Source: an uncultured delta proteobacterium
Lineage (GTDB): Bacteria > Desulfobacterota > Desulfobacteria > Desulfobacterales > B30-G6
Assembly: GCA_963823335.1 (NCBI GenBank)
Contig: CAWGLD010000007.1
Span: 32,001 to 96,000 of the forward strand
DNA length: 64,000 nucleotides
Reading direction: 5' to 3'
The position numbers and the translations under genes are program-made. The notes under the pieces were generated by a model. That model saw only the letters and a program-made list of their open reading frames with translations. It was not told where the DNA came from and did no database searches. Positions 1 through 10,130 of this stretch are shown one piece after another. Positions within the stretch are counted from its first letter, which is position 1. Every line of letters starts with the position of its first letter.

Positions 1-448
1 CACCCATATATTTGTAGATCGCTGGGAATTCTTCCTGGATATCGACCCCGTCTGAGGATTTAAGGCTTTCAATGCGTTCGCGAACGAAGCTGATACGATT
101 TTTTATCCTGTCGAGAAACCCGGCGATTCCCCCTATGTCATTATTGCTTTTTAAGGCGAGCTGTTCCCTTGCAGCCTGGGCCTTCAGTTCATCGATGAGC
201 AGGCGTCTGACCTGCTCGTCACCCATGACGGCCACCACGCTGTCGATATTTTGAGTGCTCAGACCACCCGTTGCTTCTGCAGGTGGAGGGGTGGGTCCTG
301 GCTTCATCGCCTTCTGAAGAAGAAGGGCCTGTGTTTGCGCCACAGCAGATGAAAGCGGAAGACCCATACATGTCAACATGGCAACCAGGGCCAGCACTGT
401 AATAAACATGTGTTTGGCGGCTATCGTGAAAAGGGGTCGCTCACACAT
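1..448 (-). CDS. 5' part of a secreted/membrane protein running off the left edge, possibly the N-terminus of an MscS-family channel
   Basis: Not in the ORF track. ATG at 448 with AGAGG upstream opens MCERPLFTIAAKHMFITVLALVAMLTCMGLPLSSAVAQTQ...MGDEQVRRLLIDELKAQ..., with no stop before base 1. Signal-peptide-like start; the family call is tentative. Confidence 0.55.
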   Translation of the reverse strand, partial: MCERPLFTIAAKHMFITVLALVAMLTCMGLPLSSAVAQTQALLLQKAMKPGPTPPPAEATGGLSTQNIDSVVAVMGDEQVRRLLIDELKAQAAREQLALKSNNDIGGIAGFLDRIKNRISFVRERIESLKSSDGVDIQEEFPAIYKYMG

Positions 449-584
449 TTTCCATATCCTCTCTTAAAATTGAAATGACGGGGCAATGATCATCTTTCTG
501 CAACATGTTACTGAAAGCTGTCACCTGACCGTATATCCCTTGCCCTCCAGACAGGCACTGTAAGCACGATCGTACTTGCTGGTT

Positions 585-1202
585 TCAGATGATATTTTTA
601 ATCTCATCCAGAATCATGCGGCTTAATTTTTCCAGGGCCTCGCTTTGTGCTGCAACCAGGGCGTCAAAGTCAGGGCCGGATACGGGTTGAACAATGGTCG
701 CTCTTCTTAAATGCGTATTGTCTGTCTGGTCAGGCGTTCTCAGAATCCAGCTGACATTCAGCACCACGGAGTCCCCCAGTTTGCCGTCAAATTGATGAAC
801 ATCGAATTCAATTCGATAGGATGGATTCAAGTTGCCCGGCCAGGGATAGACGACCACTTGATCCGTCCCCAGAAGCGTCATCATGTTTTCGGCCATGACA
901 GACAGGAAATCATCCTTTAAAAAGCCCCCCCATCGTTTGAATTCCGCCAGGTCGAGTCTGCCAGGGGCCGGGCGGGTGACGATCTGGGGCCGGTCGAGTA
1001 TCTTGGGAAATTTCAAGGGCCCGATACCGATCAGAACATCTTTTAAGTTGGTCTGACCACTGCCCGCATCCTGCATCACAGCCATGGGAGTAAGCGTGTA
1101 AAAAGTTACCGGCGGCTTGCTGCCCCCCCAACACCCCAGGACCGCAAACACCATCAAAAGTAGTGACGCGTATCGCGCTGACATATTCACTGTATGCCTC
1201 AT
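585..1202 (-). CDS. pqiC: PqiC-family membrane integrity-associated lipoprotein
   Basis: Lipobox VLGC, FYTL and LDRPQIV motifs; directly downstream of pqiB. Confidence 0.85.
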   Translation of the reverse strand: MRHTVNMSARYASLLLMVFAVLGCWGGSKPPVTFYTLTPMAVMQDAGSGQTNLKDVLIGIGPLKFPKILDRPQIVTRPAPGRLDLAEFKRWGGFLKDDFLSVMAENMMTLLGTDQVVVYPWPGNLNPSYRIEFDVHQFDGKLGDSVVLNVSWILRTPDQTDNTHLRRATIVQPVSGPDFDALVAAQSEALEKLSRMILDEIKNII

Positions 1203-2938
1203 TCGTTTTCTCCTTTACCGTATATTAACGCATTGGGCTGCCGTTCCAGAAAATCCACCAGCATGCGAATGGCGCTGGCGGCATCGGCGATTTCCCTCAT
1301 TGCACGGGTTGTCTCCTGATTGAAACTGGAGTCGGAACTCAATATCTGCTCTATGGAAACCAGGGTCTTTTGGGCCTGCGTCAAGGTGGCCACGACTTCA
1401 CCCTCTCCCCCTGTATTCAAACTTTCTATCAATACCCCGATGTCTTGGATGGTCTTGTTCAAATTTTTAACCAGAGCGTCCACGTTACTCGCGTTTAGCT
1501 GGCCGGTAAAGCTGTTCACATTATGAATGATCGATGCCACTTCAGAGCTGCTGATTTGCCGGGTTGTCTTTTCCAGGTTCGCAACAATCGCCTGCAGATC
1601 GCTGCCGATTTTTTTAACTGGAAAGGCTTTCAGTTCCTCCAGCAGTTGCTCCACGGCACTCAGAAATTCTTCCGAGCTTTTAGGTATCGTCGGAAATACA
1701 GGATATTTTCCTTCCCAATCCATCTTTGCAGGAGGCTGATTGGGATGAAAGTCAAGATCCACAAAAAGTTGCCCCGTCAATAGATTGCCGGTTTTGAGCT
1801 GGGCCCTGAGTCCATTGGTCACAAGGCGATCGATAAATTTTCGCCGCTCCATTTCATCCGGGAAACCCGTTTGCCCTGCCAGACGCTCGGGTTCTGTCTC
1901 CACCAGAACCGAAATGGCCATATCGGATAGATTTTCCCCGAACAGCAGATTGACATCCAGAACTTTGCCCAACACCAGTCCTCTTAATTCCACCGGAGCC
2001 CCGGGATTTAGTCCGCGGATAGATGTTCCTTTGAAAATCAAATTCCAATACGTTTTGACATTGTATGACACCTGCTGGGCATCTGCAAAGCTATCGTACA
2101 ATGTGAAAACCTGGCCCTCTTCAGCGGGGGGGTCTTCCAGTTCAAGATCCAAAAAATTATCAAAGGCCAGTCCACCGCTCATGATGCTGAGCATGGATTC
2201 CGTGTTGACCTTTAAGCCCTCCGCACCCAGGGTCACATCGAAACCGCTTGCATCCCAGAATCGCGTGTTTTTGCGAACAAACTGATGGTAGGGATCGTGA
2301 ATGAACACCTGAATGTCAACGTCTTGTCCGTTCTCGGCCAGGCTGAAATTTTCGACCTTGCCTACCTGAATCTGCCGGTAATATATCACCGTACCTTGAT
2401 TCAATGATCCGAGTTTCTCGGCTCTTAGTTTGAATTGGCGGCCCGGTTCATCGGTCGATATGACGGGTGGATTTTCAAGACCGGTGAAGGCTTTGGAAGT
2501 TTTTCCGTCGTTCCTGGGATCCATGGCAATGTAGGCGCCGCCAAAAAGAGTCCCGAGCCCTGATACCGCTCCCGATGAAACCCTGGCCCTTACGACCCAG
2601 AATCGGGCCTTATCCGTCACATAGGGTTGGACGCCTTTGTTAAGCTCCGCTGAAACAAGGACATGGGACAGGTCCTTGCCGAAAGAGATGCCAGTGACCT
2701 GACCGATTTCCACATCCTTGTATTTGATTTTTGTCTTTCCCGCCTCCAGACCTTCGGCGGATTTAAAGGATATGGTGATCTCCGGTCCTTTTTCCGTCAC
2801 GGCTTTGTAAACCAGCCACCCGCCGATAAGTATGGCCACCAGGGGCACAAACCATACAATGGAAAAGGATTTCTTTTGTTTCACCACCGCTTGAGGTATT
2901 GCTGCGGGTGTTTCATGATGACTACTTTCTTGCGTCAT
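1199..2938 (-). CDS. pqiB: PqiB MCE/MlaD-domain intermembrane transport protein
   Basis: N-terminal TM helix (SIVWFVPLVA), three MCE domains (AEGLEAGKTKIKYKDVEIG; GSLNQGTVIYYRQIQVG; RGLNPGAPVELRG), C-terminal LERQPNALIYG. Confidence 0.93.
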   Translation of the reverse strand: MTQESSHHETPAAIPQAVVKQKKSFSIVWFVPLVAILIGGWLVYKAVTEKGPEITISFKSAEGLEAGKTKIKYKDVEIGQVTGISFGKDLSHVLVSAELNKGVQPYVTDKARFWVVRARVSSGAVSGLGTLFGGAYIAMDPRNDGKTSKAFTGLENPPVISTDEPGRQFKLRAEKLGSLNQGTVIYYRQIQVGKVENFSLAENGQDVDIQVFIHDPYHQFVRKNTRFWDASGFDVTLGAEGLKVNTESMLSIMSGGLAFDNFLDLELEDPPAEEGQVFTLYDSFADAQQVSYNVKTYWNLIFKGTSIRGLNPGAPVELRGLVLGKVLDVNLLFGENLSDMAISVLVETEPERLAGQTGFPDEMERRKFIDRLVTNGLRAQLKTGNLLTGQLFVDLDFHPNQPPAKMDWEGKYPVFPTIPKSSEEFLSAVEQLLEELKAFPVKKIGSDLQAIVANLEKTTRQISSSEVASIIHNVNSFTGQLNASNVDALVKNLNKTIQDIGVLIESLNTGGEGEVVATLTQAQKTLVSIEQILSSDSSFNQETTRAMREIADAASAIRMLVDFLERQPNALIYGKGENE

Positions 2939-3572
2939 GGTTTTCCTCCATACAATCCCATATCAGTCTCGGGTCAAAACTCATGGCAGCGAACATGGTA
3001 ATCACAACCATGGTGCCAAAAAATACAGCCGCCGGCCCGGCGTCAAACGATGCCAGGCCCCCCAGTTTTATCAGGGCCATCATGATGGTAATCACGTAGA
3101 TATCCACCATGGACCATTTGCCGATGACCTCGATGATGCGGTAAAGACGGGTGCTGTCAAGGGGACGCCAGGTTGATTTCCGTTGCACGGATATTAATAA
3201 ATATATTAAAATCATTATCTTGAGTATCGGAACCAGGATGCTGGCCACAAAAATAACCAGGGCGATATGCCACGACCCCGAGTGGATAAAATAGATCACC
3301 CCGCTCATGATGGTGTCACCCTGGGCGCCGGCGAAGGTGGTGGTAACAGAAATGGGCAGGACCATGGCCGGGATGTAAAAAGCGATCGCCGCGATGACCA
3401 GGGCCCACGTGCGGTTGATGCTGTCCGGTTTTCGCTGGTGCAGGGCCGCCCCGCACCGGGGGCAGGCCATCTGGGGAAGATTGCCACCGGACGGCATCTG
3501 GCTCAGCAGGTGACAGCGATGGCAGGCCACCATGGCGGCATTCCGGGCCGTCAGCGTTGGGGCCATTGTCAT
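2922..3572 (-). CDS. pqiA: Paraquat-inducible protein A, C-terminal-type half
   Basis: CHRC...CPRCG Zn ribbon, SINRTWAL, GKWSMVDIYV, FDPRLIWD. Start placed at the ATG overlapping the upstream stop. Confidence 0.88.
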   Translation of the reverse strand: MTMAPTLTARNAAMVACHRCHLLSQMPSGGNLPQMACPRCGAALHQRKPDSINRTWALVIAAIAFYIPAMVLPISVTTTFAGAQGDTIMSGVIYFIHSGSWHIALVIFVASILVPILKIMILIYLLISVQRKSTWRPLDSTRLYRIIEVIGKWSMVDIYVITIMMALIKLGGLASFDAGPAAVFFGTMVVITMFAAMSFDPRLIWDCMEENHDARK

Positions 3573-4174
3573 TCTCCTTCCAATTTTTCCCAAGCCGGAT
3601 GCGGGTCAAAAGATGCCGCAATCCCTGCCAGGACAAAAATGAGCAACACAAATGCAAACAGGGAAATACCGGGAATCACTTTCATCATCTTGACCAGTTT
3701 TACCACCGAAACCAGAACGCCGAGCATGAACACGTCCATCATCCCCCAGGGGTTGATGGACTGCATGAATGACAGGATGGATGCCAGCTTCCAGGGCTTC
3801 CTGTTCATCTTCAGGGGAATCAGGATGGTCAGTCTGGATACCAGATCTAAAAACGGGAACAAGATCGCGGTGAGAAAAACCAGCAAACCGATCTGCCACA
3901 TTCCGGCGGCATGGAGAACTTCCACACTCCCCATCAACGTGGTGGCCTTATAAAGCGAGCCGCTCTTGATTGCAAGAAGCGGGTAGGCATTGGCCATCAC
4001 AAAAAGAATCAGACCGGTTAGGGTCAGGGCCAGGCTGCGGTCAAGACTGTTGCGCTTGTGGCTGACCAGAACCGCCCCGCAGCGGCTGCATATACTGGTT
4101 GCGCCTTCGGGTAAGCCGACGATCCGGTTAAGAAGATCGCACTCGTGGCAGGCCATGAGAAAATCGCTTTGCAT
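3569..4174 (-). CDS. pqiA: Paraquat-inducible protein A, N-terminal-type half
   Basis: ACHECDLL...CSRCG, MANAYP, PWGMMDVFMLGVLVSVVKL. Confidence 0.88.
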   Translation of the reverse strand: MQSDFLMACHECDLLNRIVGLPEGATSICSRCGAVLVSHKRNSLDRSLALTLTGLILFVMANAYPLLAIKSGSLYKATTLMGSVEVLHAAGMWQIGLLVFLTAILFPFLDLVSRLTILIPLKMNRKPWKLASILSFMQSINPWGMMDVFMLGVLVSVVKLVKMMKVIPGISLFAFVLLIFVLAGIAASFDPHPAWEKLEGE

Positions 4175-4418
4175 GCTTACGTCTCTTTATGTCTTTTTTG
4201 TTTATCTTTACAAAGCATTAACAAGACCTCTCATTTATACAAAATTTTTATTACTGTGTACATATAAATTTTTAAAGCACCTCGCAGCAAGCCATAAGGC
4301 GGGGAGCTTCGATTGAGATGGGGAGCCATTACCTGAAAACACAAAATAAAATCGTAGGCACGATTATATAGAACGCGACGGTGTCGCTACTTCGCGAAAG
4401 ACTAAAATATGTTATACA

Positions 4419-5567
4419 TCAATCCGGCATTGCAATATTGCAAGGTGTCTTTTCAGTCGTTTCTATTTTCCCTGGCTCAGCTTCGGTATCTTTTTCGGCG
4501 TTGTCGACCCATTCCATGAAAACCTGGTAGCCCACGGCCAGCAGTGCGGCACCCACAAACATACCGATAATGCCGCCGGACACCATGCCGCCCAGGGCGC
4601 CCAGCAGGATGACCGGCATGGGCACCGCCACACCGCGACCGAGCAGGAGCGGTTTGAGCACATTGTCGGCAAGACCGGCCACAAACAGGTAAATGGTGAA
4701 GACGATATTGCTCGTGGTGGAGGCATCACCGGCCCACCACAGATAGGCAATGACGGGAAGTGTAATGATGGCGGCAGGCAGCTGCAAAATACCGAGAAAC
4801 ATGACAATAAGCGCCAATACACCGGACATGGGAATATCGGCCATGACAAAACCGACACCCAGCAACAACGCCTGGATGAAGGCCACGCCGATAACACCCG
4901 TGCCTACCGAGCGGATGGTTGCGGTGGACAGGGTCTGCAGTCGCGGGCCTGTCACCGGATCCGTCATGCGGGAGAAAATGCGCTGTATGGCCTGGCTGCC
5001 GGACTCCCCGTAGGCCATCATGATTCCGGCCACAATCAGCGCACCCAGGAAAAGCAACAACGAGCCTGCCGTATTCGCTGCGGCTGCAAAAACGCGTTTG
5101 GCAATATTCTGGAGCTGTGCCTGGTTTTCCTTCAGAAAGGCAGGCAGGTTATCGGCTGCCGAACTCCAGGTGCCATAGACGCGTTTGCCCACAATAGGCC
5201 AGTCAGCCACTGCCGGCTTTGGTTGCTTTATGGTAAGGGTGTTGTTGTCGAAAGCGGTATATGCATTGTGCGCCTGCCTGGCAAAGTATCCGCCAAGCAT
5301 CACCGTTGGCCCCCCGATGAGCAGCAGGAATGCAAGCACCAGAAGTGTTGCGGCAATACCCTGCCGTCCCCCTATCTTTTTAGCCAGAAACTGGTGCAAG
5401 GGATAGAGAGCAATGGCCAGAATCAATGCCCACAACACCAGATTTACAAAGGGGGCAAATACACGCACGCACATGATTACCAGAAAAGCGATCAGGCCGA
5501 TGCGGATCACGGCGTTCGTGAAATCTTGAGACAGCATCTTTCGAATTGTCGAATCATCTAGTTGCAT
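4419..5567 (-). CDS. AI-2E family transporter (YdiK-like)
   Basis: Multi-TM protein with WALILAIALYP, DNVLKPLLLGRG and GIIGMFVG motifs. Confidence 0.85.
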   Translation of the reverse strand: MQLDDSTIRKMLSQDFTNAVIRIGLIAFLVIMCVRVFAPFVNLVLWALILAIALYPLHQFLAKKIGGRQGIAATLLVLAFLLLIGGPTVMLGGYFARQAHNAYTAFDNNTLTIKQPKPAVADWPIVGKRVYGTWSSAADNLPAFLKENQAQLQNIAKRVFAAAANTAGSLLLFLGALIVAGIMMAYGESGSQAIQRIFSRMTDPVTGPRLQTLSTATIRSVGTGVIGVAFIQALLLGVGFVMADIPMSGVLALIVMFLGILQLPAAIITLPVIAYLWWAGDASTTSNIVFTIYLFVAGLADNVLKPLLLGRGVAVPMPVILLGALGGMVSGGIIGMFVGAALLAVGYQVFMEWVDNAEKDTEAEPGKIETTEKTPCNIAMPD

Positions 5568-5624
5568 TGGGTAATACCTCCTTTACGCTAAGCCATTCCC
5601 CGACGTTCAGGCCCTTCCTCATTC

Positions 5625-8081
5625 TCATGACACATCTCCTTTTCCATTACCGGGTATAGGTGTTGTGGTTAATTCGGCACCGCCATCGTTACCGTGAAGA
5701 TGTATATCCCGTTGTGGAAAAGGAATCACGATATTTAGTTCCCTGAATTTCCGTTCAATCTCATGATACAGCGCGCTATTCACCCGCAACCTTCCGTCAA
5801 TATCATTTATCCAGACACGCAGTTCAAAATTGAGCGAACTGTCCCCAAAGTTCATAAACAACACCTCAGGAGCAGGTGATTTCACCACATCTTTCTGTTC
5901 TTTTGCACACGCCAGGATGGTCTCCACCACCAGGGAAACGTCGGAACCGTAAGCCACACCAACGGGAACCCGCAGTCGTACTTTACGATCTGTCAGGGTC
6001 CAGTTGGTGACCTGGTTGTTGATGAGATCCGCATTGGGGATGATCAGGTCCGCCTCGTCAAATGTCCGGACGATGGTGGATCGCAGGCCGATTTTTCTGA
6101 TATACGCCCAGGTTCCACCGATCTCGATGGTGTCACCTTCGGTCAGCGGGCGTTCAAACAGCAGAACAAGACCACTGATAAAATTATTGACAATACCTTG
6201 CAGACCAAAACCGATACCGACGCCGAGGGCGCTCAGAATGATGGTGGCTTTTGTAAAATCAAAACCAAGGATGATAAATGTCAGTAAAAAGCCGAAAAAT
6301 ATGATAAAATAGCGGATCAATTGACCGATTGAGCGTTGAACCCCCCTTGACAGCTTGCGTCCACTGACTGTTTCATCCAAAAGCACTTTCGGAAGAATCC
6401 GGGAGGTGAGAAATACGCCGTAGAAAGTGCCTGCCAGGGTAACGATCATCCCCGTACTGATCCGCAGGACTCCCAGGGACAACCCCAGGGAATATATGCC
6501 CGTAGTGGCCCCCGGTACATCGTCGTACAAACCCCACGCCACGAGGATTGCAGGCAACAAGGCAAATCCGACAAGGGCCGATGCAAACAAAAAACCGACT
6601 CTCTGCACATGGAAATCCGCATCGCTGCGCAACAGTTTTATTCGCCAGAGCGGGGACGCGTGGAACAGCCAGTTCAGACCGCCGTAAATCATGTATATGA
6701 AGAAGAGGTAGGGAAATGCAATCGCCATGGATTTAAGCATCGACCGGAAAAGATAGACAGCGATTCCGGCATTCCCCCATAACTCGGCAATGATGATGAC
6801 GACAAAAAATGCCCCGGTCACCCGAAACAACCAGATATAGAAACCGGTCTTGTTCAGAACGGAGCATTTTTTAATCCAGCGCACCAAGAAGTAAAGTGCC
6901 ATGAGGGACACCATAAATATATAGAGCCTGGAAAGAGGAAGCGGCAAGCCGATGGCCACCCATAGATCCGAAACGATTTGAACACCCATCACCCCATAGA
7001 CAGCCTGTTTTTTCCATGACTCATCTACCACCAGCACCAGAAGTCTGACACAGGCAATACCCCCAACGACGGTATAGACCAGCTTCAAATCGTCCGCATA
7101 TGGCGAATAGACTAGAAACAACCCCAGTGTCGCCAAACTTATGAAGAGTGCACTTGCAACAGGTCTATCAGCGAGAAATTTCCAGTGTTCCGACGCCTTC
7201 AATGCGATCCTGTTCCTATGGATAACACCAATTAGCACCAGAATAAAGCAGAGCTGAAAAAGAAATTTCCATCCATGCTGGGTAAAAAAGCGGACACCCG
7301 GCCATGACATAAGTCGCAGGTCATCCAGGGACAGGGACCAGATTTTACTACTGAACTGGGAAAGGTATTCAAGGGAGAACAACGGTGGTGCTTTGCTGAA
7401 CAGGTATTCCTGGCGAGCATCTGAGAATACAACACGCAAGTCAGCGTCAAGCACGTCAATTTTCCCCGCGACATCGCCGCCTTTGGCTTGCAGTACCAGC
7501 ATATTCTCGAGACGATGCATGACAAGTTCAAGGCCGCCGTCAATTGTCTTAAATGCCTTGCCAAAGACCCGTTTAAGTTGTTCAGGCGGCTGATTTTTGA
7601 GCAGAGATGATTGCCAGGCTTCCCAGCGTTCCTTTTCCGACAGCCATTCCGTTTTCCAACCGTCAACCCGTCTGATTTCATTTTTCAAAGGTTTGCTGAT
7701 GTTCTCAAGCATGGTTTTCTTGACCGCAATGGCTTGTCTGAGCACGTAGATTTTTGAATAATTAAAAGTGCCCGTTTCCTTCAGTTGCTCGAGTTTCCTT
7801 GTAAACGCGTCCAGGTCAGCCGCAATGGCGGCGTACTCTTTTTCAACAGCAGAAAAGTCATCCCCCTGCTCGAGGCCGTTTTTAAGGCGTGTAAAAAGGC
7901 CGGACAGGGTTGCCGACAAAGGGATAATCTCCGTCAGATCCGGGACGGCAATTTTCGTTTTCAGTTTCGCATCTGGCGTTTGAGCCTCTTTTTGTTGCTG
8001 GTCCGCCGCCACATGGCCCGGCACAAGAAAGACCACCCCTATCAACACAATCCCCAAAATTATATTTGCCGTTTTTCTCAT
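5625..8081 (-). CDS. Large MscS-family mechanosensitive channel
   Basis: ALGVGIGFGLQGIVNNFISGL, IGLRST, IPNADL...VTNWT, GVAYGSD, IPFPQRDIH. Start trimmed to MRKTANII (ATG 8081) to avoid overlap with the upstream gene. Confidence 0.9.
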   Translation of the reverse strand: MRKTANIILGIVLIGVVFLVPGHVAADQQQKEAQTPDAKLKTKIAVPDLTEIIPLSATLSGLFTRLKNGLEQGDDFSAVEKEYAAIAADLDAFTRKLEQLKETGTFNYSKIYVLRQAIAVKKTMLENISKPLKNEIRRVDGWKTEWLSEKERWEAWQSSLLKNQPPEQLKRVFGKAFKTIDGGLELVMHRLENMLVLQAKGGDVAGKIDVLDADLRVVFSDARQEYLFSKAPPLFSLEYLSQFSSKIWSLSLDDLRLMSWPGVRFFTQHGWKFLFQLCFILVLIGVIHRNRIALKASEHWKFLADRPVASALFISLATLGLFLVYSPYADDLKLVYTVVGGIACVRLLVLVVDESWKKQAVYGVMGVQIVSDLWVAIGLPLPLSRLYIFMVSLMALYFLVRWIKKCSVLNKTGFYIWLFRVTGAFFVVIIIAELWGNAGIAVYLFRSMLKSMAIAFPYLFFIYMIYGGLNWLFHASPLWRIKLLRSDADFHVQRVGFLFASALVGFALLPAILVAWGLYDDVPGATTGIYSLGLSLGVLRISTGMIVTLAGTFYGVFLTSRILPKVLLDETVSGRKLSRGVQRSIGQLIRYFIIFFGFLLTFIILGFDFTKATIILSALGVGIGFGLQGIVNNFISGLVLLFERPLTEGDTIEIGGTWAYIRKIGLRSTIVRTFDEADLIIPNADLINNQVTNWTLTDRKVRLRVPVGVAYGSDVSLVVETILACAKEQKDVVKSPAPEVLFMNFGDSSLNFELRVWINDIDGRLRVNSALYHEIERKFRELNIVIPFPQRDIHLHGNDGGAELTTTPIPGNGKGDVS

Positions 8082-8100
8082 TATCTTCGACCTTCCATCT

Positions 8101-9492
8101 TCACGAAGATGAAACCGCCTCCACGTCTTCAATGCTTTTGGGGATCGGTCTGCCCAGTACGCGGCAACCAGACTCGGTGACAAGCACATCGTCTTCGATG
8201 CGAACACCGCCGAATCCCATGTACGCTTCAACCTTTTTAAAATCGATGAAGGCGTCAAACTTGCCGGATGCTTTCCACTGCGCCATCAACTGCGATATGA
8301 AATAGATACCCGGCTCTACGGTCAGCACAAACCCGGGTTCAAGTTTGCGTGCCAGCCGGAGTTTGTGCCTCCCGAACTGGGTGCTGCGTTTGACAGTATC
8401 CGTATACCCCACATAATCTTCACCCAGGTCTTCCATGTCGTGAACATCCAGGCCCATCATATGCCCCAGACCGGCAGGCATAAAAAGAGCGTGTGCCCCT
8501 GCGGCCAGCGATTCTTCCACATCACCAGTCATCAGCCCAATCTGCTTCAGACCCGTCGTCAGTACGCGACACGCCAGGGTATGGATGTCCCGAAACTCGA
8601 CACCGGGCCGTATGGCCTGAATACCGGCTGTCTGAGAATCCATAACGACCTGGTATATTTCTTTCTGCCGGGTATCGAACCTTCCACCCACAGGAAAGGT
8701 GCGGGTGATGTCGCTGGCATAGCGCAGGGGGGATTCCGCTCCGGAGTCATTGATAACCAGATCACCCGCCTGCATGGTGTTTTGGTGATACGGGTTATGG
8801 AGGATATCCCCACGAATGGAAAAAATGGTAGGAAACGCCATACGGCTGCCGGTTTCGGCGTAGACAAGGCTTTCCATTGCACCAACCACTTCCTGTTCAA
8901 GCAAGCCCGGAGATACCATTTTCATGGCCAGGATCTGCATGCGGTACGACATCTCCAGGGCCTTTTCAATCTCTTCGATTTCTGCAGCGCTTTTTATGGA
9001 CCGCTGGGTCACAACAGCCCGGATCATCTTCGGCGAAACTTCTTCCCCCACAGCTCCGGGACTGATATCCAACAGGTAGGACAATTTGAGAATATTGTCT
9101 GCTCTGAATTGCGGCAAAAAATGGACCGGCCGCCCGGAATTCAGTGCTTTTGTTAATATTCCTTCTAGTTGGTCTGCCGGCTCAACTGCCTGAATACCTG
9201 CTTTTTCGCCCAATGAAACCAGGGAAGGCTGGGGCCCGGCCCACACGCTTTCCTCAAGCGTCATATCGTTCCCGAAAATCATCTCGCTGGACGCATCCAC
9301 ATCGATGACCGCTGTTAAGCCCGGATTTTCAAGTCCCCAGAAGTATAAGAATGAGCTGTCCTGCCGAAAAGGATATACATTGTCGCGAAAATTGATAGGG
9401 CTCTGGCTGTTTCCCAGAAAAAGAATCACACCGGTTCCGATATCCGCGGAAAGTCGCTTTCGCCGCCGGCCATAAATTTCTGCTGCAACCAT
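8101..9492 (-). CDS. pepP: Xaa-Pro aminopeptidase (M24B)
   Basis: FRQDSSFLYFWG, YASDITRTFP, GHMMGLDVHD, TVEPGIYF, GVRIEDDVLV. ATG 9492 follows an AAGGAG RBS. Confidence 0.9.
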   Translation of the reverse strand: MVAAEIYGRRRKRLSADIGTGVILFLGNSQSPINFRDNVYPFRQDSSFLYFWGLENPGLTAVIDVDASSEMIFGNDMTLEESVWAGPQPSLVSLGEKAGIQAVEPADQLEGILTKALNSGRPVHFLPQFRADNILKLSYLLDISPGAVGEEVSPKMIRAVVTQRSIKSAAEIEEIEKALEMSYRMQILAMKMVSPGLLEQEVVGAMESLVYAETGSRMAFPTIFSIRGDILHNPYHQNTMQAGDLVINDSGAESPLRYASDITRTFPVGGRFDTRQKEIYQVVMDSQTAGIQAIRPGVEFRDIHTLACRVLTTGLKQIGLMTGDVEESLAAGAHALFMPAGLGHMMGLDVHDMEDLGEDYVGYTDTVKRSTQFGRHKLRLARKLEPGFVLTVEPGIYFISQLMAQWKASGKFDAFIDFKKVEAYMGFGGVRIEDDVLVTESGCRVLGRPIPKSIEDVEAVSSS

Positions 9493-9530
9493 CTGTTCAT
9501 ACTCCTTCTCGACCAAAATATTCCAGTTTA

Positions 9531-9702
9531 TAGAAGCCATCTCAAAAAAAGGGTTTTGGCTCAAGTTCAAGGCAGGCCCGAACTTCAACCCGCAGGTGCC
9601 CGCAGGAAATGCCCTTGGGGTGCATACTCAAGTATTCCGAGGAGTTGAAGCAAGGGACCAACACAGAAATTGGGCTAAAAAACTTTTTTGAGATAGCTTC
9701 TA
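9531..9702. mobile_element. MITE-like element, family A, complete copy (172 bp)
   Basis: Terminal inverted repeats TAGAAGCCATCTCAAAAAA / TTTTTTGAGATAGCTTCTA with TA at both ends; non-coding; related copies at 33305 and 34878. Confidence 0.75.
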
Positions 9703-10020
9703 ATCTGATTTTATGGCGCCATCCGCCACCCGGTCGATGGTGGAGGTAGGCCAGATGGGCTGATCTTTTTCCAAGTCCGTGTCTGGAAACATACCAAATT
9801 TGCTGCTGCCCACATGACATCCAGGCCAGCACCTGGCCCGGTAGTATCGCATGGGCTTTTCGGGGATGTCACCATCTCCCGGGTACCATACGCCGGCTGC
9901 AATGGGGTATTCCCATGTCTCACTCCTGGTAGCAGAAGCTTTTTCGGATGCACTGGTCACGATGACGGCAAAGGATGTCACCGCCGAAAAAGCCAGAAAA
10001 AATATCAGGATGTATTTCAT
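9700..10020 (-). CDS. Small secreted hypothetical protein with a CxxxCH motif
   Basis: AGGAG RBS, signal peptide MKYILIFFLAFSAVTSFA, RCWPGCH motif; in operon order after the ABC ATPases. Confidence 0.6.
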   Translation of the reverse strand: MKYILIFFLAFSAVTSFAVIVTSASEKASATRSETWEYPIAAGVWYPGDGDIPEKPMRYYRARCWPGCHVGSSKFGMFPDTDLEKDQPIWPTSTIDRVADGAIKSD

Positions 10021-10038
10021 TTCCCTTTCTCCTTTCCC

Positions 10039-10130
10039 AACCCGTAAGCCGGGGGAATACGCTCGCTGTTGCGGTTCAATATTACTTGTTCAAAATTGAA
10101 GAGCCTCGCAGCAAGCTACGAGAAATCTTC
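10039..10130. repeat. Dispersed REP-like repeat family B (two partial copies)
   Basis: GGGGAATACGCTCGCTGTTGCGGTTCAA and GAAGAGCCTCGCAGCAAGCTACGAG; matches 27731-27897, 49061-49128 and 54736-54780. Confidence 0.7.

Noticed and set aside
9493-9588. N-terminal extensions given by the ORF track (also 8082-8258, 27434-27529, 40281-40382, 58999-59124)
   Set aside because: They run into a MITE, a neighbouring gene or intergenic DNA; downstream ATGs fit the family start, mostly with a clear RBS.
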